Source: Vicugna vicugna
Lineage: Eukaryota
Reading direction: 5' to 3'
Assembly (NCBI GenBank): GCA_013265495.1
Contig: MU061668.1
Span: forward strand, 7,970,055 to 8,034,054
DNA length: 64,000 nucleotides
In this document: positions 46,223 to 58,086 of the stretch, piece by piece
Layout of the letters: the number at the start of each line of letters is the position of its first letter
Numbering within the stretch: position 1 is the first letter of the stretch
Notes under the pieces: generated by a model
The model's input: only the letters and a program-made list of their open reading frames with translations
Databases searched by the model: none
Told to the model about the DNA's origin: nothing
Program-made: the position numbers and the translations under genes

Positions 46223-48450
46223 CTGATTGGAGACACAAAGGGAGGGGGAAATGGAGAGGCGCTGCTGGGGGCGGCTGCCCTGAGTCACCGGCCCTGCTCA
46301 CCGAGGGCTGCATCCCGGCTAAACAGACAGACGGTCTGCCCCACAGGAGGGTCATGGGTGTCCCAAACCAGCCTCACCCTACAGAGACCGTGCCACTTAG
46401 ACCCCCAAGATCTTTCTGCAGAATCTGATCCAAGAGGGTCAAAGAGGCACCTATTTGGGCATAGCTGCTCCGTAATGTTACTTGGTACGCGTCCTGGTGG
46501 AAACTGGACATTGAAACGTGGGTGCTTACGGGTCTGCTGTGGCCCTCATGACGACAGTGGTCAGGAAGCACCTGCTGTTTAGACCCATGACGCCCTCCAG
46601 GGGGCAGAGGTGGGTGATTACAAACACCGTTATTCAGTCTTGCAGGCCAGAGAAGGCAGGCAATGAGGCTAACTCCCCCGTCTTGAAATACTGCTATTAG
46701 CTCTCCTAACCCCTCATATTATTATGAGAATACAGCCGACACCAGTTAACAAAAGTGATCCAAGGGAGGACGGTGTCCTTGCCAAACCATACTTTCTCAT
46801 TACTTTCAAAGTTTTCATGGGCCCACACCCTGCACGTCTTGGCTTGAGATCACTTTAGGTCCCAGACCTATGGCCATCTGCATGCTTCTTTGTGTCTGAG
46901 ACTCCACACTTACTCTTTTGGGTGAGAAGGGTATTTTTCCTCCTCAAGCACAGATCACAGCAGTTCAGTTGTGTGGCTGTGCTATCAAATGGTGGCTTTT
47001 CACAAGGCAGAAATTTCTATAATAACCTACTGGATTAGGTGAAAAAGTCACTGAAATGCTGACCAGGAGTGCAAGAAATTCTCAGTTTCTTTCAGGCTCT
47101 CAGCACAGACAGTCTGATAAATGGGAGCCAGGGACAGGAGCTTGAATGATCTTTGGGTTGCTTCTACAACATGATTTGTTAAAAGAGGAGTTAAAAATAG
47201 CAACAAAAAAATTAAAAATTAAAAAATTCCATTTAAACTATGCGCCCCAACCAACTATGAGTTTGGACTCTCAGTTTGACACACAAAAATCAAAACAGAA
47301 ACAAATGTGCTGTTCCTGTGGGTTTCCGTGGTATCACCTTCCCTAATGACCTTCCTTTCCTACAACATCAGAGATGCCATAAATACAGATCGACTTTTTG
47401 GCTGAACCCTGTAGTTCCAGGCTCTTCCACAACAGGGATAAAGGGCTCAGTGCTGCGTCTGGGCTAAGATGCAGGGAAGATCTCATCGTGCCCCAACATG
47501 TGAACAGCGAGGAAGGAAATGCGCTCAGGGAAGCTCACACGTTTCAAAATACACTTTAGGCACCAGGATGGGCTCCCAGTTCAATTCTCAGAATTGAATC
47601 TGTGGACCCTTAGAGAATCTTTGGAACCCCTCAGTAAGAGGGAGGGTCTTTTGTTTGTTTATTTTTATTTTTTAAATCATTTATTTTGGTATGCTCGAGA
47701 AGTCAACATTGGGGGTGGTGTACCAGCTTCTCAAATAGCCAAGAGGCCGGACTGTAAACCCAGCAGCTTAAGCACCTTGAAGTCACTGCTTTCACCCCAT
47801 AAAACTATTTTGGTACTCGAGAGAGTCAGCAGGTCGACGGTGTTTCTACATTAGTCATCTGTCATCCACTGATTGTACACGATGCAAAGAAACTCATCAG
47901 AGGCCTGGAGGCACGATACTGCCTAGTGTAACCTTCCCTATTTTAACCCAACATTTAGGAACCTCCCTTCTGCTAAATCAACAACAGAACAGAAAAAAGA
48001 TCTTCCCTGATAATGTACAAATAGAATTTTTTTTGGTCCTAGATAGGTTTACTGCTACTATTCTTCAACCCGGCCCTTTTTCCTCAATGGGAGTAAAGTC
48101 AGAGACCACAGAGGGAGTGGAGTTCCCACTGTTTCTCTGGCTGTGGCTTTCAGAATCAAGGCTCTGAGTTCTTGGATTGCTGTTCAGACGCGCGTCTGAA
48201 GTTTGAGTGATGAGCTCTCATTCCTGTGACCTGAGACTGAAGAGCTGGTAGCCTGTCCTAAGGGTGGGAAGGGAAACACCGAAGTTCTGCATTTTAGTCA
48301 GAACTTGCTATGTGTCTCATTCATTTAGTTTCAAAGAACAGTCTTTTATATTTAGTTGCACAACACTGACCGTGTGACGTGTGGCGGCAACACACAAAAG
48401 CGACTCCTTCCGAAGGCTACTACTGTCTTTTGCTTTCAATTCCTACTTGC
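46223..48450 (-). other. ITPR1: Non-canonical GC-AG intron of ITPR1
   Basis: Only a boundary at AAG|GCAAGT gives the in-frame ELK|NNASK junction; the other donor positions match the U1 consensus. Confidence 0.88.
46591..46609 (+). promoter_or_regulatory. Candidate CTCF site CGCCCTCCAGGGGGCAGAG
   Basis: Matches the CTCF core CC(A/T)CCAGGGGGC(A/G); motif only, no occupancy data. Confidence 0.4.
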
Positions 48451-48561
48451 CTTCAGTTCCAGCACAAGGTCCATCCTCTTCTTCCCCAGAGGGTTGATGT
48501 CATTAAGGATCAGGGCTGTGATGATGTCAATGCCATTGGATTCATGGGTGGCTATGCAGTT
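48451..48561 (-). CDS. ITPR1: ITPR1 coding exon (111 nt): [37 protein letters not shown]; ends at a GC donor
   Basis: Acceptor ttctcag|AAC, donor AAG|gcaagt; 37 codons. Absent from the ORF track, read by hand. Confidence 0.95.
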
Positions 48562-48642
48562 CTGAGAAAAGAGACACACGGACACTGGTCATAAATCAGA
48601 CGTCAAAGGCCAGCATGCTGAGCTGCTATTTCAACACAAGGC

Positions 48643-48814
48643 NNNNNNNNNNNNNNNNNNNNNNNNNNNNNNNNNNNNNNNNNNNNNNNNNNNNNNNNNN
48701 NNNNNNNNNNNNNNNNNNNNNNNNNNNNNNNNNNNNNNNNNNNNNNNNNNNNNNNNNNNNNNNNNNNNNNNNNNNNNNNNNNNNNNNNNNNNNNNNNNNN
48801 NNNNNNNNNNNNNN
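48643..48814. other. Assembly gap (172 N)
   Basis: Run of N. No ITPR1 coding sequence is missing across it, because the flanking exons join in frame. Confidence 0.99.
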
Positions 48815-50006
48815 GCTTTTGTTCTTAAGGGAAAACACAGTGTGTGACTGATTCTGGGTTCTGAGTGCCTTTTTCCCCTTTAAAGGTGTGTTCCATTCTC
48901 TCTACATCACTTGGTTTTCGTATTGCATACTCTGGCTTAAAGCTCAAGCTTGGAAAGCAAGTTTCCTGTTTAATTCACACGATATCAGAATCAATCACCT
49001 TCCCCCAGGTAAGATCCCCATGTGCAGCAGAAGCCACTCCAGTCTGCTCCTTTCCACAGACCTCTGCCTTGAGGTTATAAGGAAACTCGCTTAGATGTCA
49101 GATAAAGCCTTTCCCCACAAACCTGTTGTCAATTTTTTTTTGTTCCTTTTTACTTTAACTCAGACTACGCCATCTATCTCGCCTGGAAACCAGGAGAGGA
49201 AAAGTGGATCTAACAAAATGCTAGTGTCATACTCGTGGGCAACTAAGGTCAGGTTGTTAATACACAGCGAGTTGTCCCTCTCGTAAGCCGTTCTCCTCTT
49301 GGCGAAGGTTTTGGCCTTGCTTCCCAAGAAACAAAGCCTACCACACCTTCCCTGGCCAGAGTTTATAATGGGCCGTGTAAGCACTGGCCTGCCCTCTCCA
49401 GCCAGGATGTAACTATAATGTGAGTGAAAAATCATACTCATTCTAGCATCTGTGCAAAAACTCACAAAATCTTGAAGACGTCATGGATAAGCAATGACTC
49501 TACTCAAGAAACCACTGGGTTCTGCTCCAAAAATATACTTCTTGAGAGGCCTAAGTCAAGACTGACGGGCTGTTTTCTTCTCTCAACGTCTGTGGTGCCA
49601 AAGCCTCAGCCCTACCTCTCCTCAGATTATTTTCAAGCTGTCCCGCGTGTACTGAGGTTTTTCTCTCTAGCTAAGTTGAAACCTCCTTCCCTGAAGTAGC
49701 CACTTCCCAGAATTTAAAAATAGAGCCCAGACTTCAGGTCTTATGAGCTCCAACTTTAGTGTGTATCCCTAGTTCAGTTAGAGCTGGACCATTCAAACCA
49801 ACAAAGCTGGGCACGGACACCCAGGGATGCCCGTGATTAGGTCACATCTGAAGCTTCATAAAACCCGAGAACTCCCTCCTCACTGCTGCAGAAGGGCCCC
49901 CGGTTCAACTGAGTCCTCAGGTCGACAGGCAGATGCTAAGCAACGGTCAACAACGTTTCAATATGACAAACCTTTGTTCCCCCACCCCAAATAAACATGG
50001 AATTAC

Positions 50007-50207
50007 CTGGTTCTCATGGCAAGGTCCTTGGCAGTACTCGGTCAGACTTTCCAGGGTTTGGTTGATGAGGGCCACGTTCTTCTCGTTTATGTAGAGCCCC
50101 AGAAGCCCAAGGCCCCCGGTTGTGCTTCCACAAATGCAGTCCAGAAACTGCAGCGTCTCACACACCAAATTGTAGTTGGTCTTGTTATTTTGGCAACGAA
50201 GGAAGTT
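50007..50207 (-). CDS. ITPR1: ITPR1 coding exon (201 nt): [67 protein letters not shown]; includes the GLGLLG (ATPB) motif
   Basis: Acceptor ctgcag|AAC, donor CAG|gtaatt; 67 codons. Confidence 0.97.
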
Positions 50208-51009
50208 CTGCAGTTGGGCAGGTCCCAGGGTCGGGGAGCAGAGGCGGGAGAAGAGGGAAAAGGTCATTTATTCTGCCATTTTGATAATGCATCGCTGAAC
50301 AGAAGGGTCAGCCCCCACGATGGTCACCCGGGGACACGGTCTACAGCAATGGCCACCAATGCTGCGGCTTGTTCTCCAAGGTGCTTTTATCTGGGATGCA
50401 GTGGAGGAGAGCTCCTCTTTGACAACCCACATTAGACTCCCATAAACTTTTAAAATTCTCATTTCACTCTTTCCCACTCCAGACCACCTCTGCATCTACC
50501 ACATGTTAAGTTCAGGGTCTTTTGACATTTCCCAGGGCAGTGGTTACATTTAAAAGACGATGGTGCGGTCTGGCCGCTGAACACCCAGGTCCTCAGATCC
50601 TCGTACTGAGGATGGTTCATCACAAAATAAAGGGCTGCAGGCTGGCCTGAGCGTACTGCCATGGCAGGAACCTGGATTATCTTGTGAGGCCATTTCCATT
50701 ATTAAAGGAAGAAATAAATGTGGGTAAGCGTATGTATGCTTGTGTGTGTGCCCAAGTAGGTACTTGGGTGATTTTGTAATGTTAACAAGAGACCAAAGAG
50801 CAGGAACTTCCTCAATAAAATAAAGCAAGTCACATTCAACCACCTCATAACGCAGAGTCTGTTGTGATGAAGACGAGATATTTGGTCACAGACTCCTTAT
50901 AAAAGCAAAAATAAACTACAAATACTCTTCTGTGTATAGTCATAAAAGTTACACATGTTTACTACAGAAAATTGGTACTATAAAAAAGAGGTAATCAGAA
51001 GATAAAACA

Positions 51010-51475
51010 GTGTAACTTTTGACCTGGTAATTCCACTTCTATGAAACAGTGACTTTTACTCACAAGCTGTGTGTTAGATGTTCACTACCACACTGTGCCT
51101 GAGAGTGAAGAACTGAAGACAACCTAAGTGCCCATCGGCTGGGGAGTAAACAAATTACAGTGTATCAACATTGGTTAATATTACAAATTGGAAACACTGA
51201 AGCAGGTCCAAATGTGCCAATGTGGAAAGATCTCTGGGATATACTGTTAAGTTAAAAAATCAAAAAGGCAAATAGTAGGTCAATATGTATCCAATGCTTC
51301 CATCCAAATATATGGAACAAGGACAGGAAGGGTACTGTCCAAACCAATGACAGTTTTCTCTGGGTGAGAAGTAGGGATGGGGAGAGAGACAGTTTTCTAT
51401 ACTAAATACTTATTTTCATTTAAACCTTCACAGAAAAAGAGTATATCCATGCATTCCTTGGATAATTAAAACCTT
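51010..51475 (+). mobile_element. L1ME-like LINE-1 3' fragment
   Basis: tttgacctggtaattccacttcta, acaacctaagtgcccatc and gaaagatctctgggatatactgttaagt motifs. Confidence 0.65.
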
Positions 51476-51918
51476 TATAAATGCATACATTAAGAGCTGG
51501 TAATCCAATTTAATGCTTGACTCAACATCCAACTAACCATCCCCCACCACTACTCCCACCCCAAGTTAACCTCAGTCCCTTATGCTCAAGCCTTCCTAAC
51601 TAGTCTAAAAACTGAACAATCATTCAGGTCTGGGTGGGAGGTAGGGGGACAGGTGATTTGGGACCAAGTGTGCTTTCCTAAGGTGACCACTTTTCTAAGG
51701 GCCACAGGAAGCCAGAGGAGAGTTCCACAGCATTTCCGGCTCCAGCCGCTCAGCAAAGATGCTACCTGACCGGGGACCTGGTGGAGCCCCTCACCTTGCA
51801 GCCGCGGGGTGGAGGAGTACTCAGGAAGAGCCAGGAGAGGGGCTGGTTGTCCAAAGCTCAAACTAGAAGCATGGCTCTCAAGGTCCATTTGCCTCTCCAA
51901 CTCCTGTGTCACCATTCT

Positions 51919-52045
51919 CACCATGTCCTCTCTGCCCAGTGACATCATCTCTCCCACCATGCCCCCCTCTGCTCAGTGACATCATCGCTCCCATCATGCC
52001 TCTCTCTACTCAGTGACGTCATCTCTCCCATCATGCCCCTCTCTG
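51919..52045. repeat. 37-bp tandem repeat, about 3.4 copies (cagtgacRtcatctctcccaYcatgcc...ctct)
   Basis: CAGTGAC recurs at 51937, 51974 and 52011, an exact period of 37. Confidence 0.9.
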
Positions 52046-52059
52046 TCTGGGAGGAACAA

Positions 52060-52410
52060 ACTTCTCCCTGCTCTTTAGGCACCTTTCATTCTCTCATCTC
52101 AAGGGCTTCCGCCCCACTACTCCTTCTGCCTGTCACTCTCTCCCTGTCTCCACCCTGATTACTTACTCTTCCTTCAGGATGGGGTCTCGGTCACTTCTTT
52201 CAGGAAGCCCTCCCTGCTCCTCCATCCTGATTCCAGTGAGATGGGAGCACCACACCCCCTCTCGCAGCCCGCCTCACCCTTAGTGCTGCACTTAGGGACG
52301 TCTGCCTACTCTGCCCATTGCCGTGCTGACAGCACAGGTGACCGGCAGCCAGCAAGGGGACTGGCTCAGGCCAGGTGCTTCATACACACTGGCTGAAATG
52401 TCTGAACTAA
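52060..52410 (+). mobile_element. L2 LINE 3' end
   Basis: tcacttctttcaggaagccctccctg...ccaggtgcttcatacacactggctgaa. Confidence 0.55.
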
Positions 52411-55400
52411 ACCAAACGAATGGAGGAAGGGGGACTTGGGAAGCCATCAAGGCTGATATGTTTCAAACGCCCCAGGAAGGATCGTGGCTGCCGTGTCGTG
52501 AAAGTCTCTCCCATTTCTCACAGTTTTTGCAGAGTATCTAGCTAGAATCTCTCCTTCCTGAGTAAGATCCATTTTCTTTTGTCCACGACAAAAAGAGGCA
52601 CGCCACTCGCTAAAGGGCCAAAGGAACTCCTTCTGTGCTCAAGGCATAGAGTTCACCCTGAGCACACACCGCCCAGCCCAGCTTGTCCAGGCTAGAGAAA
52701 TCCAGTTCTTCCTGTGGTCTTCCTTGGAGGCCTGGTGATCAAGTCAAGATGAGCCGATTAAGGAAATCAAAGACTTCAAGTCTGCACTCAGTCAGACTTC
52801 AGTGGAGAGAGATCAGGACCCGCATTCCTTAACCAAGGTGAAAGGCAAGACAGCCTCCCAGGTGATGGTTCAAAAGCACATGGAAAATGGTTCAAGAACA
52901 GTCCTTCCCATCACATTTCTCACTGCTGCGAACAAAGCTCACTAAAGGTAACAACTGCCTGTGGGGCCAAATCAAACGTGGTGCTTTATCTCTACTGAGC
53001 ACTCACCAACAGGAAAGCTAAGGTTGTAAATATGACAAGAAACTTTGGGCAACTTCAAAAGGCTGAATTCCTGCTCTCTCTGACCTTATCCACACACTTC
53101 CTTATTCCAGGGAGCCGATAATTCTCTCCTGGTGAGAAAGTCTTCTCCCTCAGATCTGCAAGGAAACCCTGACCCAGAGATCCACCATCTGTTCCAGAAA
53201 ACTGCCAACCACGCAGAGTTCATAGTAGTTGAGTCTCACTTAAAACCAGCATCTTGAGATCCACATTCCTACCAACATCATCTTCTCAGAGCAATTTTAT
53301 TACTACCTCAGTGTGTCTGATTTAGTGGGTATCTTTAAAGATGCAAGCGACCTTCACTGTTGTGAACCGCTGTCCAGATCACTGGTTTTCCAACTGGGAG
53401 ACCCTGTACAACCCTGGAGGACCCCTGGAATGCCCCACCTCCCAGGGTTCTTGCAGGTGAGGGAGGAAAGGAAAGTTCTACTCAGTAGTTTCTACTCTGA
53501 ACAAAGCAACCCTCGTCTGCTTTATGTAGTACACTTCTGCCCCAGATGTTCAAACGATTCTGCAGCTCCAAACAAAAAAGTTTAAAGCCACTGGCTTTAT
53601 GGTACCTTCAAAGGTTAAGCTGCCAAGTTTTTAAAAAAAATCTGTTACAATATACGGTACACGCCCTCTTCCCCCAATACCATGGTTTTCCACAGAGTGG
53701 TGTATTGGAGAATAGAGTTTTAGAAGGATCCATTAAAAGGTGCGTCTGCCCACAGGGTTCTTAGGGAATTAATTCAAAGCAGAGTTCTGCAAAGAGCTAA
53801 GGTACCAGGAAAAGATGGTGAAGACTTCCAATAAGAAGTGGTGAACTCGTACACTCTGCTTACACAGCAGACACTGGGTGCGCAGTGAAGGAGGGAGGTC
53901 AAGGGGGCTGACGGAAGGCAGAACAGGTCTGTGACCCCAGAACCAGGCTCAGGAAACAAGCCCATCAGGACCGCCCCTCTGACATTCACAGATGGACTCT
54001 ACTCAAGGTAGCCTTGAGTTTTGTTAGTTCAGAACTCAGCAGCCATCAGCCTCTCTGAGAAGCCTTCCTGGATCCGGCACGTTGTGTGGGTTCTCCTGCT
54101 TGGAACCCAAAAGAGCCCGAAGATGCCACCGCTGCAGCACTGACCCGCTGAACTGCCGTCACCCACTTGCCAGGTGGCTCCTACCTAGACGCTCAGCTCT
54201 GTGAGGGGAGAGGTAGGGTCTCCATCAGCCCCAGTGCCGGGCACAGAGCAGGTGCTCACCGAGATGATGACATGAACATACACAGGCATCATCTCAATCC
54301 TCTTCTCCTTTGGAGCCCCAGGTTGGTAGAGACCAGTGACATCAGCACAGGGGACCAATACAGGCCACTGACCTCTAAAGTCAGCCTAGAAACCGCCTCT
54401 GCAGCAGGGTGGGGGCCCCACCCACAAAGATGCCACAATCGAGCTGCAGCCTTTGTTTTCCTGCTGGTGGGACAGCCTGGCTTCCCACGTTGTCACACTC
54501 CCTTGGTCTGTCTCCTTGGTGATTAATGGTATAGACAGAAAAAGTGGAAGGGACACAGTCAGCCATCAGACAGAGAAATAGCAGCCAATGAGATAGTCAC
54601 CAAATCCCGGACCTCTGGGTTGTGAGGGCTCCGTTCTACCTGATGGAGCTGGACAGTCCAGGCCAATGTGCTCCACGTCCCAGGTAGGAATGTTTGAGCA
54701 ACAGGCAAGAAAAGCCTGACAGCCAAGACTGCACACTGCAGCGTGCACAGGGATCAAGCCAGGAATGTCAACGGAGGAAGGGAGCGGGCGGCAAAGCAGA
54801 GAAAGAGCCCGGGCCCCAGCCTGGCCAGGAGAGGGGCTCACAGACACCTCTTCATTTTGAAGGGTGGGCCAGATTTAGCTAGTGGAAGACCTTGGATCTG
54901 GAAGCTTTTTCAAAGTCCAGGCTCTTAGACCAATTTGACTGAAAATAAAAATCAGCACAGAAGGTATCATACTGCAGAATTCACCTACTTCCGGTTCATT
55001 GTTCTGTCTTCCTGTTTAAACAACATAATTTCTTACTCAACTTATCCAGAGATTCTGTGGCAGGTTTTCAGTGCGAGTGACGTATGGTGGCGGCACTGAA
55101 TGGTCTGGCCACAGCTACACGTGAAAGGCCATCAGATCACCTGGTGCATAAAGTCAGCAGTGCAAATACTTCAAGGCTGCACCTTCCCCTTGCTATGTTT
55201 GGACTAGAATTATTTTCTTTTCAAACTGTCATTATTCAAATAAGCAAAACGACCATCACCAACTTATTTTAGGAGAGAACATTCTACCTTAGAGGAGTTT
55301 AGACACACTTTTCTTGTTCATCCTCATCCCTTTTAAGCAGAGAGGGGTGTTTTCTTCATCAGTCAGCAGCAAAACCAGGTCATGGGCAAGGACCCGGTGC

Positions 55401-55484
55401 CCTAGCGCGCCTCTCCTGGGCAGGGACGGCCCCGCAGATCTATGCCCACTCAGAACCAATGGTCTCTCTGGAGCCAGCACAAAC

Positions 55485-55645
55485 TCTACCATCAGAACGC
55501 CTGGGTTCCAGGCCCAGCTCTACATTCCCTTCCTGGTCCTGTGCATCTCGGTTTCTTCATCCATGACAAGTGTAATCATACAGGCAACACTGAGCATCCA
55601 GGATATTCTAGGTGCTCAGTAAACCTTGGCCACTGTCATCATCCA
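55485..55645 (+). mobile_element. MIR SINE
   Basis: cctgggttccaggcccagctct...ctcggtttcttcatc...aggtgctcagtaaac. Confidence 0.6.
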
Positions 55646-55888
55646 ACAACAAAAAAGCAAAAAAAGAATTTCTGGAATAACCAGCTAAGTATCTTTGAAT
55701 ATTTATTTGTGTAACATGAGAAAGTCACTTCATTCAGTCAACAAATGCTTGATTAGAATTTTCTGAGTTTCTATGAACTACCAGATTTTGTAGGTCTAGT
55801 ATATTTCATCATCCACCCATCCATCCAAGTTTTACCTGTGCATCTGTATGTCCAGCAGTGGCAGGCTACCACATACACACATGCAAGA

Positions 55889-55917
55889 GCGCGCATGTGC
55901 GCGCACACACACACACA
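55889..55917. repeat. Alternating purine-pyrimidine tract GCGCGCATGTGCGCGC(AC)n (Z-DNA-prone)
   Basis: 29 nt of strict alternation, including two (GC)3 blocks. Confidence 0.7.
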
Positions 55918-56157
55918 GAACAAATATATATGGAGCAGGTGGTACCTACACTAGTGAGCAAGAGATACAGTCTTGGCCCCAGTTCCCATGGAGATGATGG
56001 GGAAGACAGACACAGAAACACTTCTGTTGCCCAGATAACGAGAATCATCCTGGGTCCTCAACTCAGAGAAACCAGCTGAAGGGTATGGAGCTGAGACGTC
56101 AGAGGAAGTGGTGGCAGCTGGGAGGAGCTGCGGCCCTGCCAGCCCCTCGGCCCTCAC

Positions 56158-56411
56158 CTGTAGGTCCCGGTTGTGGTTCTCGCATAGGAGCTGCAGGAAG
56201 CGGAGGATGGGCTGCATGATGGTGATGACTGCACTCATCTCCAGGTCGTCCTTGGTCTTGTCTGCTGTAGCCTGGGCGCCCTCCCCGGACTGGTAGTGGT
56301 CGTCGGGGTCGGCCTCCCTCCTGAAGGTGGTGAAGGCTTTCCTGGTGGCAGCAGAGGCCTCCAGGAGCTGATCCCGGACCTCTTCTGTTATTTGTGTCGC
56401 AGGCTCTTTGG
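56158..56411 (-). CDS. ITPR1: ITPR1 coding exon (254 nt): (A)[19 protein letters not shown]...[27 protein letters not shown]
   Basis: Acceptor ttccag|CC, donor CAG|gtgagg; 2 nt + 84 codons; frame continuous with both neighbours. Confidence 0.97.
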
Positions 56412-56679
56412 CTGGAATGCAAACATAGGATGGTCAACGCTGCTGCACCCCCAGGAGCCTTAGTCAGCACACCAAGATGACGTTCAGAACCTAAGTTCTG
56501 GTATTCACCAGACAGCCTCTCCAAGTTAGCAAAATACTCAAAGAAGTCACCATCTTCCTTCCGTCCTCAGGATTAAAACTGGGTCCAGCCCTGCCAACAC
56601 GCTCGTGGCTCTTAACATTTCACCTATGCTTGCCCTGTGGTTTAGAGGAAAAGGAGTGCAGATTGTGTCAACCTCACAG

Positions 56680-57150
56680 ATCTATGACTCTGGGCCTCAG
56701 CCTCCTTATCTCTAAAATGGGGAGAGCATCAGTGACGTCCACCTCCAGAATGTTCCCAAGAGGGTCAACATAATGCCAAGCGAATTGTAATTGTTACTGT
56801 AGCGACAATTGATGGATCCCTTTTCTAAGTGCCAAGGCACCGTGATTAAGCACTTTCTGTGTATCATCTTACCGAATCCTTGGAGTAACTCTGTAAGGTA
56901 ACTGGGCATGAGGGGCAGGAGCATGAGACTCTGTAGCCAGACCTCCTGGTTTCAAACCCTGGCTCTAGTGCCTACTAGCTGCACACCCTAAACAAGTTCA
57001 CTACCACCCCTGTGCCTCAGTTTCCTCATCTATAAAATGGGCATAACAGTTTCATCTATTTTGCAGGGATGACTTGTTCTAAATGAAGCAGCACATGCAA
57101 AGGACTTTGGACAGTGCCTGGTTCAGAGAAGGAACTCAGTAAATGCCAGC
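56680..57150. mobile_element. Cluster of three MIR fragments (+, -, +)
   Basis: ggcctcagcctccttatctctaaaatgggg (+); aagtgccaaggcacc...gaatccttggagtaactctgtaaggta (-); gtgcctcagtttcctcatctataaaatggg (+). Confidence 0.7.
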
Positions 57151-57187
57151 TGTTCTTCTTTTACTTCTCTTTATTCCCATTCTAGAC

Positions 57188-57393
57188 CAGTGGTTATAAA
57201 CGAGTGATGATTTTGACCCCATCTCTACCCAGGGGATGACAGGCAACATCTGGTTTATTTTAAGTAGGGGGCGGGCTGCTGGCACCAGCTGGGTGGAGCC
57301 CACACATGCCGCTGAAGAGCCTGCAACGCACAGGACAGCCCTGACAGCACGGCCCTCTTCAGATGTCAGGTGTGCTGTGGCTGAGAAGCCCAG
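57188..57393 (+). mobile_element. MER20 hAT-Charlie DNA transposon
   Basis: cagtggtt...tgctggcaccagctgggtggag...gcacaggacagccc...ctgagaagccc; flanked by imperfect 8-bp TSDs ttctagac and ctctaaac. Confidence 0.8.
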
Positions 57394-57905
57394 CTCTAAA
57401 CTTAAAAAACCAAGGTCAAACCTGCTCACGGCCATTGGACTCCAACACTTTTGAGTCTACCTGCTCCCCATGATGACTTCCCTTTGAGGGAGATAATGGG
57501 AAAAAAGCTTTACGAACTCTCAAATATTTTAGAAAATATGGGAGAATTAGGTGAGAAAAAAAAAAACAACATCCAGTTTTCAAGGGCTTGTCTTCAAGTT
57601 TCTCTAACACTAAATGGAAAATTATACAGGAAAAGATTATTGACGGATTTCCTGCCAATAACACCCTGAGCTGGACCAAGAGGAATGCATATTCGTTTAT
57701 GAAACATGAGGAGCCTCCCGAGCAGCAGGCATTCGGCTCAGGGCACAGAGGAGGACTTGCATCAGACGGGGCGTCTTCTGCCGAAAGCCCCAATCAGAAC
57801 AGTGTGAAGTCGAGAAGTCACGTGGAAACTGAAGGACAACCAGGGATCCCGCGCATGTTCACAGCCCAGCTGGATGAAGGGCTGCATGCGGGACGGGGGA
57901 TTTAC

Positions 57906-58086
57906 CTTTCTTCCGGGATGGAGCGTCCCTGTCCACCTCGTCATCTTTCTTTTTATTTCCCAAGTCACTCGTGTTCACCGTCACCGTCGCCTTGATTTCT
58001 TGCTGGGCCACCTTCATTCGGTCGTAGAAGACCTTGAAGAATTTCTCTGACTTCTTATCTTCTGTCAACCGGCAGAAGAAGGAGTG
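57906..58086 (-). CDS. ITPR1: ITPR1 coding exon (first in window, 181 nt): [60 protein letters not shown]; contains the DEVD caspase-3 site
   Basis: Translation matches the recalled ITPR1 sequence. Acceptor gcag|CAC, donor AAG|gtaaat; 60 codons + 1 nt, phase matches the next exon. Confidence 0.97.

Noticed and set aside
48643-48814. Hidden exon in the N gap
   Set aside because: The flanking exons join in frame (HENQ|NCIATH), matching the known protein.
51919-52045. CRISPR-like array
   Set aside because: Head-to-tail repeats without unique spacers, no cas genes, mammalian intron.
56680-57150. Inverted MIR copies as an ADAR dsRNA substrate
   Set aside because: The copies are old, highly diverged and only partly overlapping, so stable duplexes are unlikely.
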